A DNA stretch of 51,875 nt from a virus. Taxonomy: Duplodnaviria > Caudoviricetes. Location: IMG/VR virus record IMGVR_UViG_3300020109_000029, positions 1 to 51,875 of that record; one strand, written 5' to 3'. Position 1 is the stretch's first letter; every line of letters begins with the position of its first letter. The translations under genes were made by a program, and so were the position numbers. This document shows, piece by piece, positions 43,122-51,231 of this stretch. A model generated the notes under the pieces. It was given only the letters and a program-made list of their open reading frames with translations. It did no database searches and was not told the origin of the DNA.

Positions 43122-43277
43122 TTCACAGTGGCCGGGCTTGATACCGGCTAAACCACAGAGCAAGGCACAGTTAGCGCAAGGCTCTAGGTCTGTGGTCGGG
43201 GCCAATCTAGCGCCGGGTCGCTATCCCGACTGATCCACCAAAAGGCCCGCGCGCTTCCTTCAGCGCCGCACTGTGAA
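43122..43277 (-). ncRNA. tRNA-like cloverleaf element 1 (non-canonical)
   Basis: 9-bp closing stem TTCACAGTG/CACTGTGAA, CG linker, GCGCT-GAAGGA-AGCGC arm, two long arms, GCCGG-TATCAAGC-CCGGC arm adjoining the 3' strand. Confidence 0.7.
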
Positions 43278-43364
43278 CTCGCGTGGCCCGAAGGCCGAAA
43301 CTCTCTGCTGCTCCCGCCTCTAGCCCCCTGGCGCACCGCAGGACATAGGGTGGTTTCGGTGACG

Positions 43365-43413
43365 CGCTATGCGTCAGCATAGCGAATGTCCCCTACTTCG
43401 GATTAATCGTCAA
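43365..43413 (-). promoter_or_regulatory. Putative late promoter with an adjacent 20-bp palindrome
   Basis: TTGACG-N17-GACATT on the - strand, then CGCTATGC-TGAC-GCATAGCG. Confidence 0.6.
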
Positions 43414-43967
43414 GCCGCTTGCTTGCGCGGACGTTCGATTTCTCCCTTCACGAACAAGAGGGCTTCACAGGCGGCGCGGACGCGAGCACCCTGGGCTTGG
43501 TCGTTCACCTCGCCGGTGATGGCGCGGACCTGCTCACGCCAGCGGGTGAGTAGGGCCGCATCGGGGCGCAAGAGCGCGTGCAACAGACTCCATTCCCACG
43601 GCCTCAGGCCAGCACGAACCACCTGGAGGGCGCGGCTGGCGTCGATCATGGCCTGGCTTACGTTCTGCCCCGGCGCACCTTCGCCTGTGGCGCGGATGAA
43701 GTCCGGGGTCCGCTCGACCGAGTTCTCGCCAGCGGCCGTCCTCATCAGATCCTCCAGCCAATCCACCGCGCCTTGTTCCCGCTGGTGGTTGTGGCGGAGG
43801 AGAAGCTGGAAGCAACTGGGGCGCCAGCGAGCGGTGATCGTTTCGTCCCTGGGGTCTATGTTGACCGCGATCCCGCGCGACTCCAACTCCCGACGTTCAG
43901 CGCGGCGGGCGGCGATCTTCGACTGCTCGGCCGGGTCATGGGGCTTCTGCCGCTTCTTGCGGGCCAT
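43410..43967 (-). CDS. Putative late transcription regulator (at the lambda Q position)
   Basis: Last early gene before the late promoter; function inferred from position only. Confidence 0.6.
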   Translation of the reverse strand: MARKKRQKPHDPAEQSKIAARRAERRELESRGIAVNIDPRDETITARWRPSCFQLLLRHNHQREQGAVDWLEDLMRTAAGENSVERTPDFIRATGEGAPGQNVSQAMIDASRALQVVRAGLRPWEWSLLHALLRPDAALLTRWREQVRAITGEVNDQAQGARVRAACEALLFVKGEIERPRKQAA

Positions 43968-44389
43968 CAGATTTCTCCAGGGGTGTAGGTGTCGACACCA
44001 TCGCCGCAGGTAACGACAAGCTGACAGGCGATTTCGCAGGCCTCGTCGGCAGTCTTTCCGGCGGCCATAGCGCCTCGCGCTATCTCAGCGCCGGAGCCGA
44101 TAGCGCAGGGGGCTGTTAACATCGTCGCCTCGCCAGAATGCAGCCAAAGGGCGTGACCGCCGACCAATGCGAAAGCATCCCCCTTGAATGGCAGGTCGCC
44201 GCGCTGCCCCTCGGCGAGGCGCTCAAGCGTCTTTTCGATCGTTTGGTCCGAAGCCGACTCTCCGCAGTGCGCGATGGCTCCCGCGGCCCGTGAGAGGATT
44301 TTGCATTCGGGCGCGAGAAGCACGTCACCGCCGCTCGTGACGCGCCGATCCGCTGCCAAGGTCTTTCCGTCGTAGGCGATTACGGTCAT
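43967..44389 (-). CDS. HslV/proteasome-beta-like Ntn hydrolase
   Basis: M-T-VIAY...LAAD; AIGSGA..A.GAM. Confidence 0.8.
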   Translation of the reverse strand: MTVIAYDGKTLAADRRVTSGGDVLLAPECKILSRAAGAIAHCGESASDQTIEKTLERLAEGQRGDLPFKGDAFALVGGHALWLHSGEATMLTAPCAIGSGAEIARGAMAAGKTADEACEIACQLVVTCGDGVDTYTPGEI

Positions 44390-45387
44390 GCAGCTTTGTC
44401 CTGAGTGGGGGCGGGGAGGGTGTCGGCTGGGGCGATGCTGAACCGCCACCGTTCGGAGAGGGCGGCGAGGTCTGACCTTAGCCGGGCGCCGGCGAAGTCG
44501 TTGGCCGGGATCAGGGCTCGGTTCGGGCCATCCCATCGACAGGGGTCTAGGTAGGTTCGGGCGTAGGGCTCGCCGTGGGAAGTGACGACGGCCTCCCTGA
44601 GTTCGGCGGGCCCGGCGAAGATCGGGGCGTCGCTTGGGACGGAGCCGGCTTGGGCGTCAGGCTTCGGGCCGTAGAAGCCCTCCAGCAGCCGCCGCCAGGA
44701 CTTGGGCTGACAGACGAAGTCGATGTCTGCTCGCCAGCCGCGGTCGTTCTCGCCCCGGCAGTGTGGGCTACGCTCGACTGCCTCCAAGGCTTCGCGCCAC
44801 GCCGTCATCCCGCCTTCAGCTAGCCGGGCGCGGATCGCGGCCCTCCGGGTCTTGTCCACCGTTCGGGCTGCCGGGAGGCCCAGGCGCTTGGCGAGGTCAT
44901 TCCACTCGGAAACAGCATCCTCGGGTCGCGCTCTCGGCGCGGCCAAAGAGACTGACGGTTCCTCTAACGGTTCCCCTGACGGTTCAAACGTAGTGAGCCC
45001 GGAAGCTGCTTCCGGTTGGATCGACGCAGATTTCCGGTTGGATTGGCGTAGATTTCCGGTTGGCCTAGCGGAAACCTTTTCCGGTTGGCCTTCCGGCAAA
45101 TGCTTCCGGTTGGGTTCGGCGAAGGCGGTCAGCCGGATTTCGTCCGACGAGCGAGATCCGTCCCGGCGCTGGCGATGGGTGCGGGATATGACGCCCCGCG
45201 CCTCGAAAGAGGTCAGCACGGCTCGAACGGTGCGGTCAGAGCACGCCGCCTGGGCCGCGATGCTGTCTTGACCGGGCCAGCACACACCTTCGCCGTCCGC
45301 ATAGTTGGCCAGGACGAGCAGAATGGCCTTTTCGGTCGCGCTGGCGACGTCGAAGCCCAAGGCCCAGGTAATCGCTTGGACACTCAC
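44386..45387 (-). CDS. Replication initiator (N-terminal HTH, lambda O-like)
   Basis: LLVLANYAD..G.CWP....IA...CSDRTV; GWRADIDFV; internal iterons. Confidence 0.88.
   Translation of the reverse strand: MSVQAITWALGFDVASATEKAILLVLANYADGEGVCWPGQDSIAAQAACSDRTVRAVLTSFEARGVISRTHRQRRDGSRSSDEIRLTAFAEPNRKHLPEGQPEKVSARPTGNLRQSNRKSASIQPEAASGLTTFEPSGEPLEEPSVSLAAPRARPEDAVSEWNDLAKRLGLPAARTVDKTRRAAIRARLAEGGMTAWREALEAVERSPHCRGENDRGWRADIDFVCQPKSWRRLLEGFYGPKPDAQAGSVPSDAPIFAGPAELREAVVTSHGEPYARTYLDPCRWDGPNRALIPANDFAGARLRSDLAALSERWRFSIAPADTLPAPTQDKAA
45010..45113. repeat. Origin iterons TTCCGGTTGG x5
   Basis: Copies at 45010, 45032, 45054, 45079 and 45104 inside the initiator gene. Confidence 0.85.
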
Positions 45388-46799
45388 GCCGCACCGCCGT
45401 AGCTGTAGCGAGGCGTGCCGCTGACCTGCTCCAGCGGCTTGGCGAGATTGCCGAACCGGGTCAGGTCGCTGTCGAACGCCAGATGCACCGTGCCGATGGG
45501 GCCGTGCCGCTGCTTGCCGACGATGACCTCGGCCTTGCCCATCACCTTGGACATGGCCTCCTGCCACTCGTAGTGTTTGGGGGTGTTTTCCGGCGGCTCG
45601 GTGCGGCCTAGGTAATACTCGTCGCGATAAACGAACATCACCACGTCGGCGTCCTGCTCGATCGATCCCGACTCGCGGAGATCGGACAGCATGGGGCGCT
45701 TATCCTCTCGGGCCTCGACCTGACGCGACAGTTGCGACAGGGCCAGGACCGGCACGTTCAGTTCCTTCGCTAGGGCCTTGAGCGCGCCGGTGATCTGGCT
45801 GACCTCCTGAACCCGATTGCCGCCCTTGCCGGCGTCCGTGGTGATGAGCTGAAGGTAGTCCACCACGATCAGGTCCAGCCCGGTCTTGCGGTGCTGGCGC
45901 CGGGCGCGGGCGCATAACTTGGCGATGTGGATTCCGCCGGTGTCGTCGATATGGATCGGCAGGGACCGGAAGTGGTCTCGCGCATCCTCGACAGACGAAA
46001 GCTCGTCGCGCCTGACCATGCCCTTGCGGAGCCGGTCGCCCGACACGTTGGCGAAGTCGGCAAGGGCGCGAAGGCCAAGTTGGCCCTTGCTCATTTCCAG
46101 CGAGGGGAAGAACACACGCGCGCCAGACTTGGCGGCGTTGATGGCGATGTTCAGGGCCAGGGCCGTCTTGCCCATCGAGGGCCGGCCGGCGAGGATCAAC
46201 AGGTCGGACGGGTGCAGCCCACCCAGCTTCTGGTCCAGGTCAACCAGACCCGTCGTGATTCCGGTCAGACGGCCATCGCGGGCGAAGGCGGCGCGGGCTT
46301 GCTCCGCCGCGTCGTCCAGAGCCTCCGCGAACGTGGCGACGGGGCGTTCCTTCGAACCGGTCTCGGCCAAGTCAAACAGGAGGGCCTCCGCTGCCGTGAG
46401 ATGGTCGGCCGCGGCGGATGTCGTATCGGGCGCCTGGGCTGCAATCTCACCGCCGATGCGGATCAGGTCACGTCGCAGGGCCAAGTCTATGACCTCGCGC
46501 GCATAGCCCGCCGCATTGGCCGAAGGGGGAGCGCGATCAACGAGGTCCGCGAGATAGCCGAGGCCGCCATATTGCTGGAAGGCGGGGTCGGATTGGAAGC
46601 TGCCGGAAAGAATGGTCGGGTCGGCAAGCGCGCCGGTCATGATGGCCGAGCGGATGGCGTCGTAGAGACGCTGGTGGAAGGGCTCGTAGAACATCGAGCC
46701 GACCAGACCCTCAGGAAGGCGCTCAAACACGCCGGCATCGAACATCAGACAGCCTAGCAGGGCCTGTTCGGCCTCTAGGTTATTGGGAAGGCCGCTCAC
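45384..46799 (-). CDS. dnaB: Replicative DNA helicase
   Basis: AGRPSMGKT, SLEMS, VDYLQL, LSQLSR, DLRESGSIEQDAD, KQRHGP. Confidence 0.97.
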   Translation of the reverse strand: MSGLPNNLEAEQALLGCLMFDAGVFERLPEGLVGSMFYEPFHQRLYDAIRSAIMTGALADPTILSGSFQSDPAFQQYGGLGYLADLVDRAPPSANAAGYAREVIDLALRRDLIRIGGEIAAQAPDTTSAAADHLTAAEALLFDLAETGSKERPVATFAEALDDAAEQARAAFARDGRLTGITTGLVDLDQKLGGLHPSDLLILAGRPSMGKTALALNIAINAAKSGARVFFPSLEMSKGQLGLRALADFANVSGDRLRKGMVRRDELSSVEDARDHFRSLPIHIDDTGGIHIAKLCARARRQHRKTGLDLIVVDYLQLITTDAGKGGNRVQEVSQITGALKALAKELNVPVLALSQLSRQVEAREDKRPMLSDLRESGSIEQDADVVMFVYRDEYYLGRTEPPENTPKHYEWQEAMSKVMGKAEVIVGKQRHGPIGTVHLAFDSDLTRFGNLAKPLEQVSGTPRYSYGGAA

Positions 46800-47026
46800 G
46801 GCTGCACATCCCACGCGAGGACGCGTATCTGGCCCACGACGGGGTCTTCCGGGTTTTGCTGCGCGGCGACGACCACGGCCTGACGAAGCACCTTGCGGGC
46901 GATTTCCGCCCGGCGGTGCTCGGGGAAGGCCCGGACGATCTGCTCAACCTCGCGACCGAGGCGGGCATATTCAGCCGCTTCGCTATGGGCGGGCTGGACA
47001 GGGAAGGGGGTTACGGTCGCGGTCAC
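46796..47026 (-). CDS. Hypothetical protein
   Basis: GTGA coupling on both sides. Confidence 0.6.
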   Translation of the reverse strand: MTATVTPFPVQPAHSEAAEYARLGREVEQIVRAFPEHRRAEIARKVLRQAVVVAAQQNPEDPVVGQIRVLAWDVQP

Positions 47027-47439
47027 AGGCGGCTCCGCTCGCGAAAGGCGGCCGTTCGCAGCGCAGCGCATTTCCGGCAAACTCTCGTGACTCGCCCGCG
47101 CGATCGACCCTTCCCGAGGTTCGAGCCGGAAAGCTCGTGACCACGACGACATGAGGTCTTCAGGGTGTTTTGGTTTTCCCTCCGACCCTTCGAATCCATG
47201 TCGCGGACGTTGTCCCGCTGCAGCCCGACAAAAAGGTGGTCGGGGTTCACACAGGGCGGCGTGTCGCACTTGTGGCAAACCACGTGCCCGCTCGGGATGC
47301 TTCCGACAAATCGCTCGTAGAACAGACGATGAGCAAGCACCGAACGGACGCGACCGTAGCCGTCTTTGTTAGGCGCGCCCTCCCACAGCCAACATCCGGT
47401 ATTCGGATCTGCCTGGTAACGATTAAAGACGGGCGTCAT
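47023..47439 (-). CDS. HNH homing endonuclease
   Basis: [29 protein letters not shown]...DN. Confidence 0.9.
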   Translation of the reverse strand: MTPVFNRYQADPNTGCWLWEGAPNKDGYGRVRSVLAHRLFYERFVGSIPSGHVVCHKCDTPPCVNPDHLFVGLQRDNVRDMDSKGRRENQNTLKTSCRRGHELSGSNLGKGRSRGRVTRVCRKCAALRTAAFRERSRL

Positions 47440-47597
47440 GCGCGCACCGCCTTTCCATCCCTGACGACGCAGTCCGAACCGGCCGGAATCTGTTCGGCGG
47501 CCACAGCCTGGCCCAACCCGCCGTCCGGCTTCCGATAGACGGTCAGGTATTGCTCATCCCGGCGGAGGGAGCAGGTGATTACGGTGGAGGGCTTCAT
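47436..47597 (-). CDS. 53-aa hypothetical protein (below the ORF-track cutoff)
   Basis: [11 protein letters not shown]...DGKAVRA*; ATGA-coupled on both sides. Confidence 0.65.
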   Translation of the reverse strand: MKPSTVITCSLRRDEQYLTVYRKPDGGLGQAVAAEQIPAGSDCVVRDGKAVRA

Positions 47598-48253
47598 GCG
47601 GCGTCCCTTCCCTCGTCCCAGATCGAGACGGGCTTGGCGTGCGGCACGCCCTTGCCGTTGCGCTCGTAATGGTCCTCGCGCTCGTGCCTCGTGTAGTAGA
47701 TCGCCTGGCTCTCGATGTGAGAGTAGGTTCCCAGCCGCGCGCCAGCTCTCGTCCGCTTCGGAGGGGCTTGATCGTATCCAACGGCCGCATGGCCGGCGCA
47801 GAACGAGCCGCGCGCGATCGGATTGCAGCAGGACTGGATCGCACCCCGCTCACCCAGGGGCCACTTGCACTCGCCAGCCCGCCGCTCCATCCATGGGCGC
47901 GCGTTGGGGCTCTCGACCTCGCTCAGTTCCACAGCGCGGATCGCCGCGTCTCTGGCCTCGCGGGCTTCACGGCGCTTCCTGGCGAGAGCCTCGCCCTCCG
48001 ACAGGGTCACATAGGCAACCTTCGGCGTTACTCGCTTCCGAGCGGCCTGCTTGTTACGGGTCGACGTGGCGGCCTTGGCGCGCTCGGGTCGGTCACGGTC
48101 CGTGTGCTTGAGGCGGTGGAGCTTGCCGATCACCGCATTGCGCGTGAACGATCCGCCAAGAGGTTTCAGGCCCCGGCTGATCTCGCTGGCGCTGCGGCCT
48201 TCCTTCCACCAGGTGACGGCCTGGGTGGTCAGGGCTTCGGTCCAGCCGCTCAC
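47594..48253 (-). CDS. gcrA: GcrA-family cell-cycle regulator
   Basis: WT......W.EG.SASEI...TRNAVIGKLHRL; CKWPLGE...C....FC..H. Confidence 0.9.
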   Translation of the reverse strand: MSGWTEALTTQAVTWWKEGRSASEISRGLKPLGGSFTRNAVIGKLHRLKHTDRDRPERAKAATSTRNKQAARKRVTPKVAYVTLSEGEALARKRREAREARDAAIRAVELSEVESPNARPWMERRAGECKWPLGERGAIQSCCNPIARGSFCAGHAAVGYDQAPPKRTRAGARLGTYSHIESQAIYYTRHEREDHYERNGKGVPHAKPVSIWDEGRDAA

Positions 48254-48429
48254 CGCTTCACCCCCGCCGCAGTCGGCTTGAGGCTTTCGGTGCGGAGGCA
48301 CTTCACCGCATCATCGATTTGGCGAACCGCCTGCATGTCGCAGCGGGCGGCGGCGTTAGCGCGGAGCACCTTGGCGATGCGGGTGACGCCTTGGAGAGGG
48401 TCGCGGTCGGGGCGGCGGAACAGCAACAT
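48250..48429 (-). CDS. Small hypothetical protein
   Basis: TAATG and GTGA coupling. Confidence 0.55.
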   Translation of the reverse strand: MLLFRRPDRDPLQGVTRIAKVLRANAAARCDMQAVRQIDDAVKCLRTESLKPTAAGVKR

Positions 48430-48617
48430 TAGCCCCGCTCCATCGCTTTGCGGTGAAGGCGAGCGACGGCCCACGCCATGATGGTGGCGCCGGCCGACTC
48501 CACACCCCATCCGAGGCGGTTAAGGCCCTTCCCGACCCAGAAGGCTGCCCAGGTGACGGGCGCGGCTCTCCATCTGGCGAACGCGTTCGCGCTCCCAGGT
48601 CCGTTGCTCTTGGACAC
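48429..48617 (-). CDS. Small hypothetical protein
   Basis: Coupled to the next gene; overlaps the upstream gene. Confidence 0.45.
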   Translation of the reverse strand: MSKSNGPGSANAFARWRAAPVTWAAFWVGKGLNRLGWGVESAGATIMAWAVARLHRKAMERG

Positions 48618-48912
48618 GGGTTTCTCTTTCGATGACGGTTTGCAGGTGTTCGGAGTAGGAGTGCCCGATCAGCTCTTTCCCGAGCTCGGCCCACAGCGCC
48701 CATCCCTCGGCTTGAACCACCTTCTCCAGGGTGGTGACCGACAGGTGGCCCTTGCGCAGGTTTTCCGCCGTGCCGGGGTCGATCCCATAGGTGCGGGCGA
48801 TCTGCTTGGCGGTCGAGTGACGCTGGTTCAGCAGAGACGCGAGCGCATCCGCCATCCGGCGCGGGAAAAGTTGACGATCGAGCGGCATGTATCCGGTCAG
48901 CTCCTGGGTCAT
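48520..48912 (-). CDS. HTH-like protein at the CII position
   Basis: TAKQIARTYGIDPGTAENL. Confidence 0.65.
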   Translation of the reverse strand: MTQELTGYMPLDRQLFPRRMADALASLLNQRHSTAKQIARTYGIDPGTAENLRKGHLSVTTLEKVVQAEGWALWAELGKELIGHSYSEHLQTVIERETRVQEQRTWERERVRQMESRARHLGSLLGREGP

Positions 48913-48965
48913 GAAGAAGACCTCAGGTGCAGCCGACAGGGCTTGCCGGGGTTGGAGACTAGAAG

Positions 48966-49145
48966 ATGGGCGAATTGATCAGCGTGGACTTCCGGGCAAG
49001 GAGGGTGCTGATCAGCCGCGACGAATGGCTGGCAGGGGCAAGGCGTTGCAGCGCCGAAGCCGACCGACAGCCGGAAGAGATTGCCGCCACGCTTAGGCGA
49101 TGTGCGGCCAAGTACAGACAGAAGGCGAAGGGAGCGGCGATCTGA
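48966..49145 (+). CDS. 59-aa antisense ORF (not in the ORF track)
   Basis: GGAG RBS; MGELISVDFRARR...KAKGAAI*. Confidence 0.5.
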   Translation: MGELISVDFRARRVLISRDEWLAGARRCSAEADRQPEEIAATLRRCAAKYRQKAKGAAI

Positions 49146-49171
49146 AAGGGTCGCCGTTTTCATTTGGCCCA

Positions 49172-49208
49172 CCCCGGCCGGGGTTAGGGGAGGGGTTCCC
49201 GGCCGGGG
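49172..49208. other. GC-rich inverted repeat downstream of cro
   Basis: CCCCGGCCGGG ... CCCGGCCGGGG. Confidence 0.6.
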
Positions 49209-49267
49209 GTCCAGCGCGCTTATCCTGCCAAGGGGTCGGCGCGATCTGGTGGGGGAGGGAAGCACGC

Positions 49268-49468
49268 TTAGGCCGCCTTATCCGCGGCAGTTCGCCGGGG
49301 CTTCTCGGGCATGGGCCAGGCCGAAACCGGAATGCCCAGCTTTTCCTCGATCTCGCGTGCTTTCTTCAGCGAGGGCGAGCGATAGCCATTTGCCAGATCG
49401 TAGGAGTAGCCGACGGCGACGCCGATCGATTGAAGCCGTTGCGCGATGGAAGGTTGCTGTTCCGCCAT
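49268..49468 (-). CDS. Cro-like HTH repressor
   Basis: GVAVGYSYDLANGYRSPSLKKAREIEEKLGIP; divergent from the cI-like gene. Confidence 0.85.
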   Translation of the reverse strand: MAEQQPSIAQRLQSIGVAVGYSYDLANGYRSPSLKKAREIEEKLGIPVSAWPMPEKPRRTAADKAA

Positions 49469-49478
49469 GCGCGATAAA

Positions 49479-49560
49479 TCGCAGAATGCGAGGAATGTTG
49501 CAAGCCCTGTTCCTCGCACAATCGTCGGCGACGCGAAAAGCCGTTCATCGCAAAATGTGC
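49479..49560. promoter_or_regulatory. OR-like operators
   Basis: TCGCAGAATGCGA (49479-49491), partial TCGCACAAT (49514), TCGCAAAATGTGC (49548-49560). Confidence 0.8.
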
Positions 49561-49562
49561 GG

Positions 49563-49889
49563 ATGCCGAGACCATCAGTAAAAGCCGCCGCCAACCACCT
49601 TAGGGCCTGGCGCGAATTCCGTCACCTGACCCAAGACGATCTGGCGGCCGAGGTTGGCACAGCCGGCAATGTGATCGGCCTGCTTGAAAGCGGCGAGCGC
49701 GGGCTTTCGCAGAAGTGGCTCAACAAACTCGCCCCGGCGCTCGGAACAACGCCCGGCTTCCTATTGGACCACGACCCAAACGATCTTCCCACGGCCGTAC
49801 TTGATGTTTGGGCCGCTATTCCTGACGAAAATCGGGCTCAGGCTCTAGCGGTCCTGGAAACCTTCAAGCGGACGGGGACTAACGGATGA
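49563..49889 (+). CDS. CI-like XRE repressor without an S24 peptidase domain
   Basis: LRAWREFRHLTQDDLAAEVGT...I..LESGER; only 108 aa. Confidence 0.88.
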   Translation: MPRPSVKAAANHLRAWREFRHLTQDDLAAEVGTAGNVIGLLESGERGLSQKWLNKLAPALGTTPGFLLDHDPNDLPTAVLDVWAAIPDENRAQALAVLETFKRTGTNG

Positions 49890-50281
49890 TCGAGGCCATA
49901 GCAGCCATCGCTCTGCAATCCGCGCTCCAGCGAGACGCGCCTCAGCTTATCCAGCAGGCCGCAGACCACGTGTTCGAGTCGACCGAGCGGCTGGCGTTCA
50001 TGATCGGAAAGTGCTCGGCCGTCTTGCCGACAGGTGGGTCTCTTCCGTCCGTTCTGGGCGTTGGCGAGCCCCTGGCGGAGCTGGGAAGCCGAGAGATCAA
50101 CGACGGCGTTGCGGAGATAGCGGCCATTGCTTACGCCGAAGGGCTTAGCGAAGCCGATGATAAAGCCCTGACCATTCGCGGCTGCGCGGCGGACATCAAC
50201 GACGCCGCCGCTGAGGCTCGCGTCCATGCCGATGGCATTCTGAGCCTGGCCGAGACGATTGAGCGCGACGCCCGCGACTAA
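49886..50281 (+). CDS. Immunity-region accessory protein
   Basis: ATGA-coupled to the repressor; hydrophobic N-terminus. Confidence 0.65.
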   Translation: MIEAIAAIALQSALQRDAPQLIQQAADHVFESTERLAFMIGKCSAVLPTGGSLPSVLGVGEPLAELGSREINDGVAEIAAIAYAEGLSEADDKALTIRGCAADINDAAAEARVHADGILSLAETIERDARD

Positions 50282-50297
50282 GGCCTTAGGAGGCGTA

Positions 50298-50522
50298 ATG
50301 AGTGATCAACGTCCACCGGACGACCAGGTCGTGACATGGGGCGAGCTACGCGCGGTTGTGGCCCTTAGCACCCAGTATCACATGCACCTGATGCTTATGT
50401 CACTGTCGGGAATGTTGCCCGGAGATAAGGGGCGCGAACAGAACGAGCAGTCCACAAGGGCGATAGAGGCCCTCGGAAAAGAGCTTGAACGCATCGCACC
50501 AGGGTCGACCGGTGCAAAGTGA
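50298..50522 (+). CDS. Immunity-region accessory protein
   Basis: AGGAGG RBS. Confidence 0.6.
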   Translation: MSDQRPPDDQVVTWGELRAVVALSTQYHMHLMLMSLSGMLPGDKGREQNEQSTRAIEALGKELERIAPGSTGAK

Positions 50523-50814
50523 TCTCGTAAACCTCGCCGCCCTTCGTCGCCTGCAAGAGGCATTGAAATCCGGCGACGGTGGGCCCACAATTGATGGCAT
50601 GGAAGAGCGCGTCACCCGCCTAGAGACGCATTTTGAATACGTCCGGCGCGACCTGGACGACATCAAAACCTCGCTCAAGAAGCTCGACGAGCTCCCGACG
50701 AAGCGTGACCTCGCCAACTACTGGATCGCGAGCATCACCGTCGGACTGGCCATTCTCGCCATCACCGTCGGCGGCATAGTCGGCGGCCTCGCTTGGCTTG
50801 ATCGCGTTACCTAA
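50512..50814 (+). CDS. Coiled-coil protein with a C-terminal TM helix
   Basis: GMEERVTRLE...LPTK..TM; start 50512 or 50599. Confidence 0.7.
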   Translation: MQSDLVNLAALRRLQEALKSGDGGPTIDGMEERVTRLETHFEYVRRDLDDIKTSLKKLDELPTKRDLANYWIASITVGLAILAITVGGIVGGLAWLDRVT

Positions 50815-51080
50815 GCCGCGTGGTGCATCCAGTCCTGGCGCTCGTCGTCGGATAGCGGCGGGACCGCGCCAAACGTCTCGAGCATGACCGGCTCTTCCCA
50901 GAGATCCTCATCTGGATGACCCTGGACCGAGAATATCGCTACGCCAGCGTTCCCGGTCAGTAGCGCCTCAGCACCGCGCCGCGCGCGCTCCTCAGTGTGG
51001 AAGCGGTAAACCTCGCCCCCGACTAGGCGGTGTCCGCGCGCCCAGAACGCTTGAGCGCAGTAGATCGTTTTCCGGGCCAT
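50811..51080 (-). CDS. Conserved small hypothetical protein
   Basis: AAGGAGG RBS; GVAIFS..G.PD....EP..L..FGAVP. Confidence 0.75.
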   Translation of the reverse strand: MARKTIYCAQAFWARGHRLVGGEVYRFHTEERARRGAEALLTGNAGVAIFSVQGHPDEDLWEEPVMLETFGAVPPLSDDERQDWMHHAA

Positions 51081-51150
51081 TTGGCCTCCTTCCCATCACC
51101 GCCGTGAGCATGGACTGCGCCTACGACAAAATCGGTCGCACGATAAAACC

Positions 51151-51197
51151 TCGCAAAATGCGATTTTTTGTGTTGCGCCATTCCTCGCAAAATGCGA
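51151..51197. promoter_or_regulatory. OL-like operators
   Basis: TCGCAAAATGCGA at 51151-51163 and 51185-51197. Confidence 0.85.
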
Positions 51198-51231
51198 GTG
51201 TCATCCCATCGAACGAGATGGAGCCGACCCA

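Noticed and set aside
42933-43205. 90-aa ORF over the tRNA-like elements
   Set aside because: TTG start, no clear RBS, no motif; the extensive perfect stems favour structured RNA.
41025-46799. Inteins or introns in terL or dnaB
   Set aside because: Both have normal length and continuous motifs.
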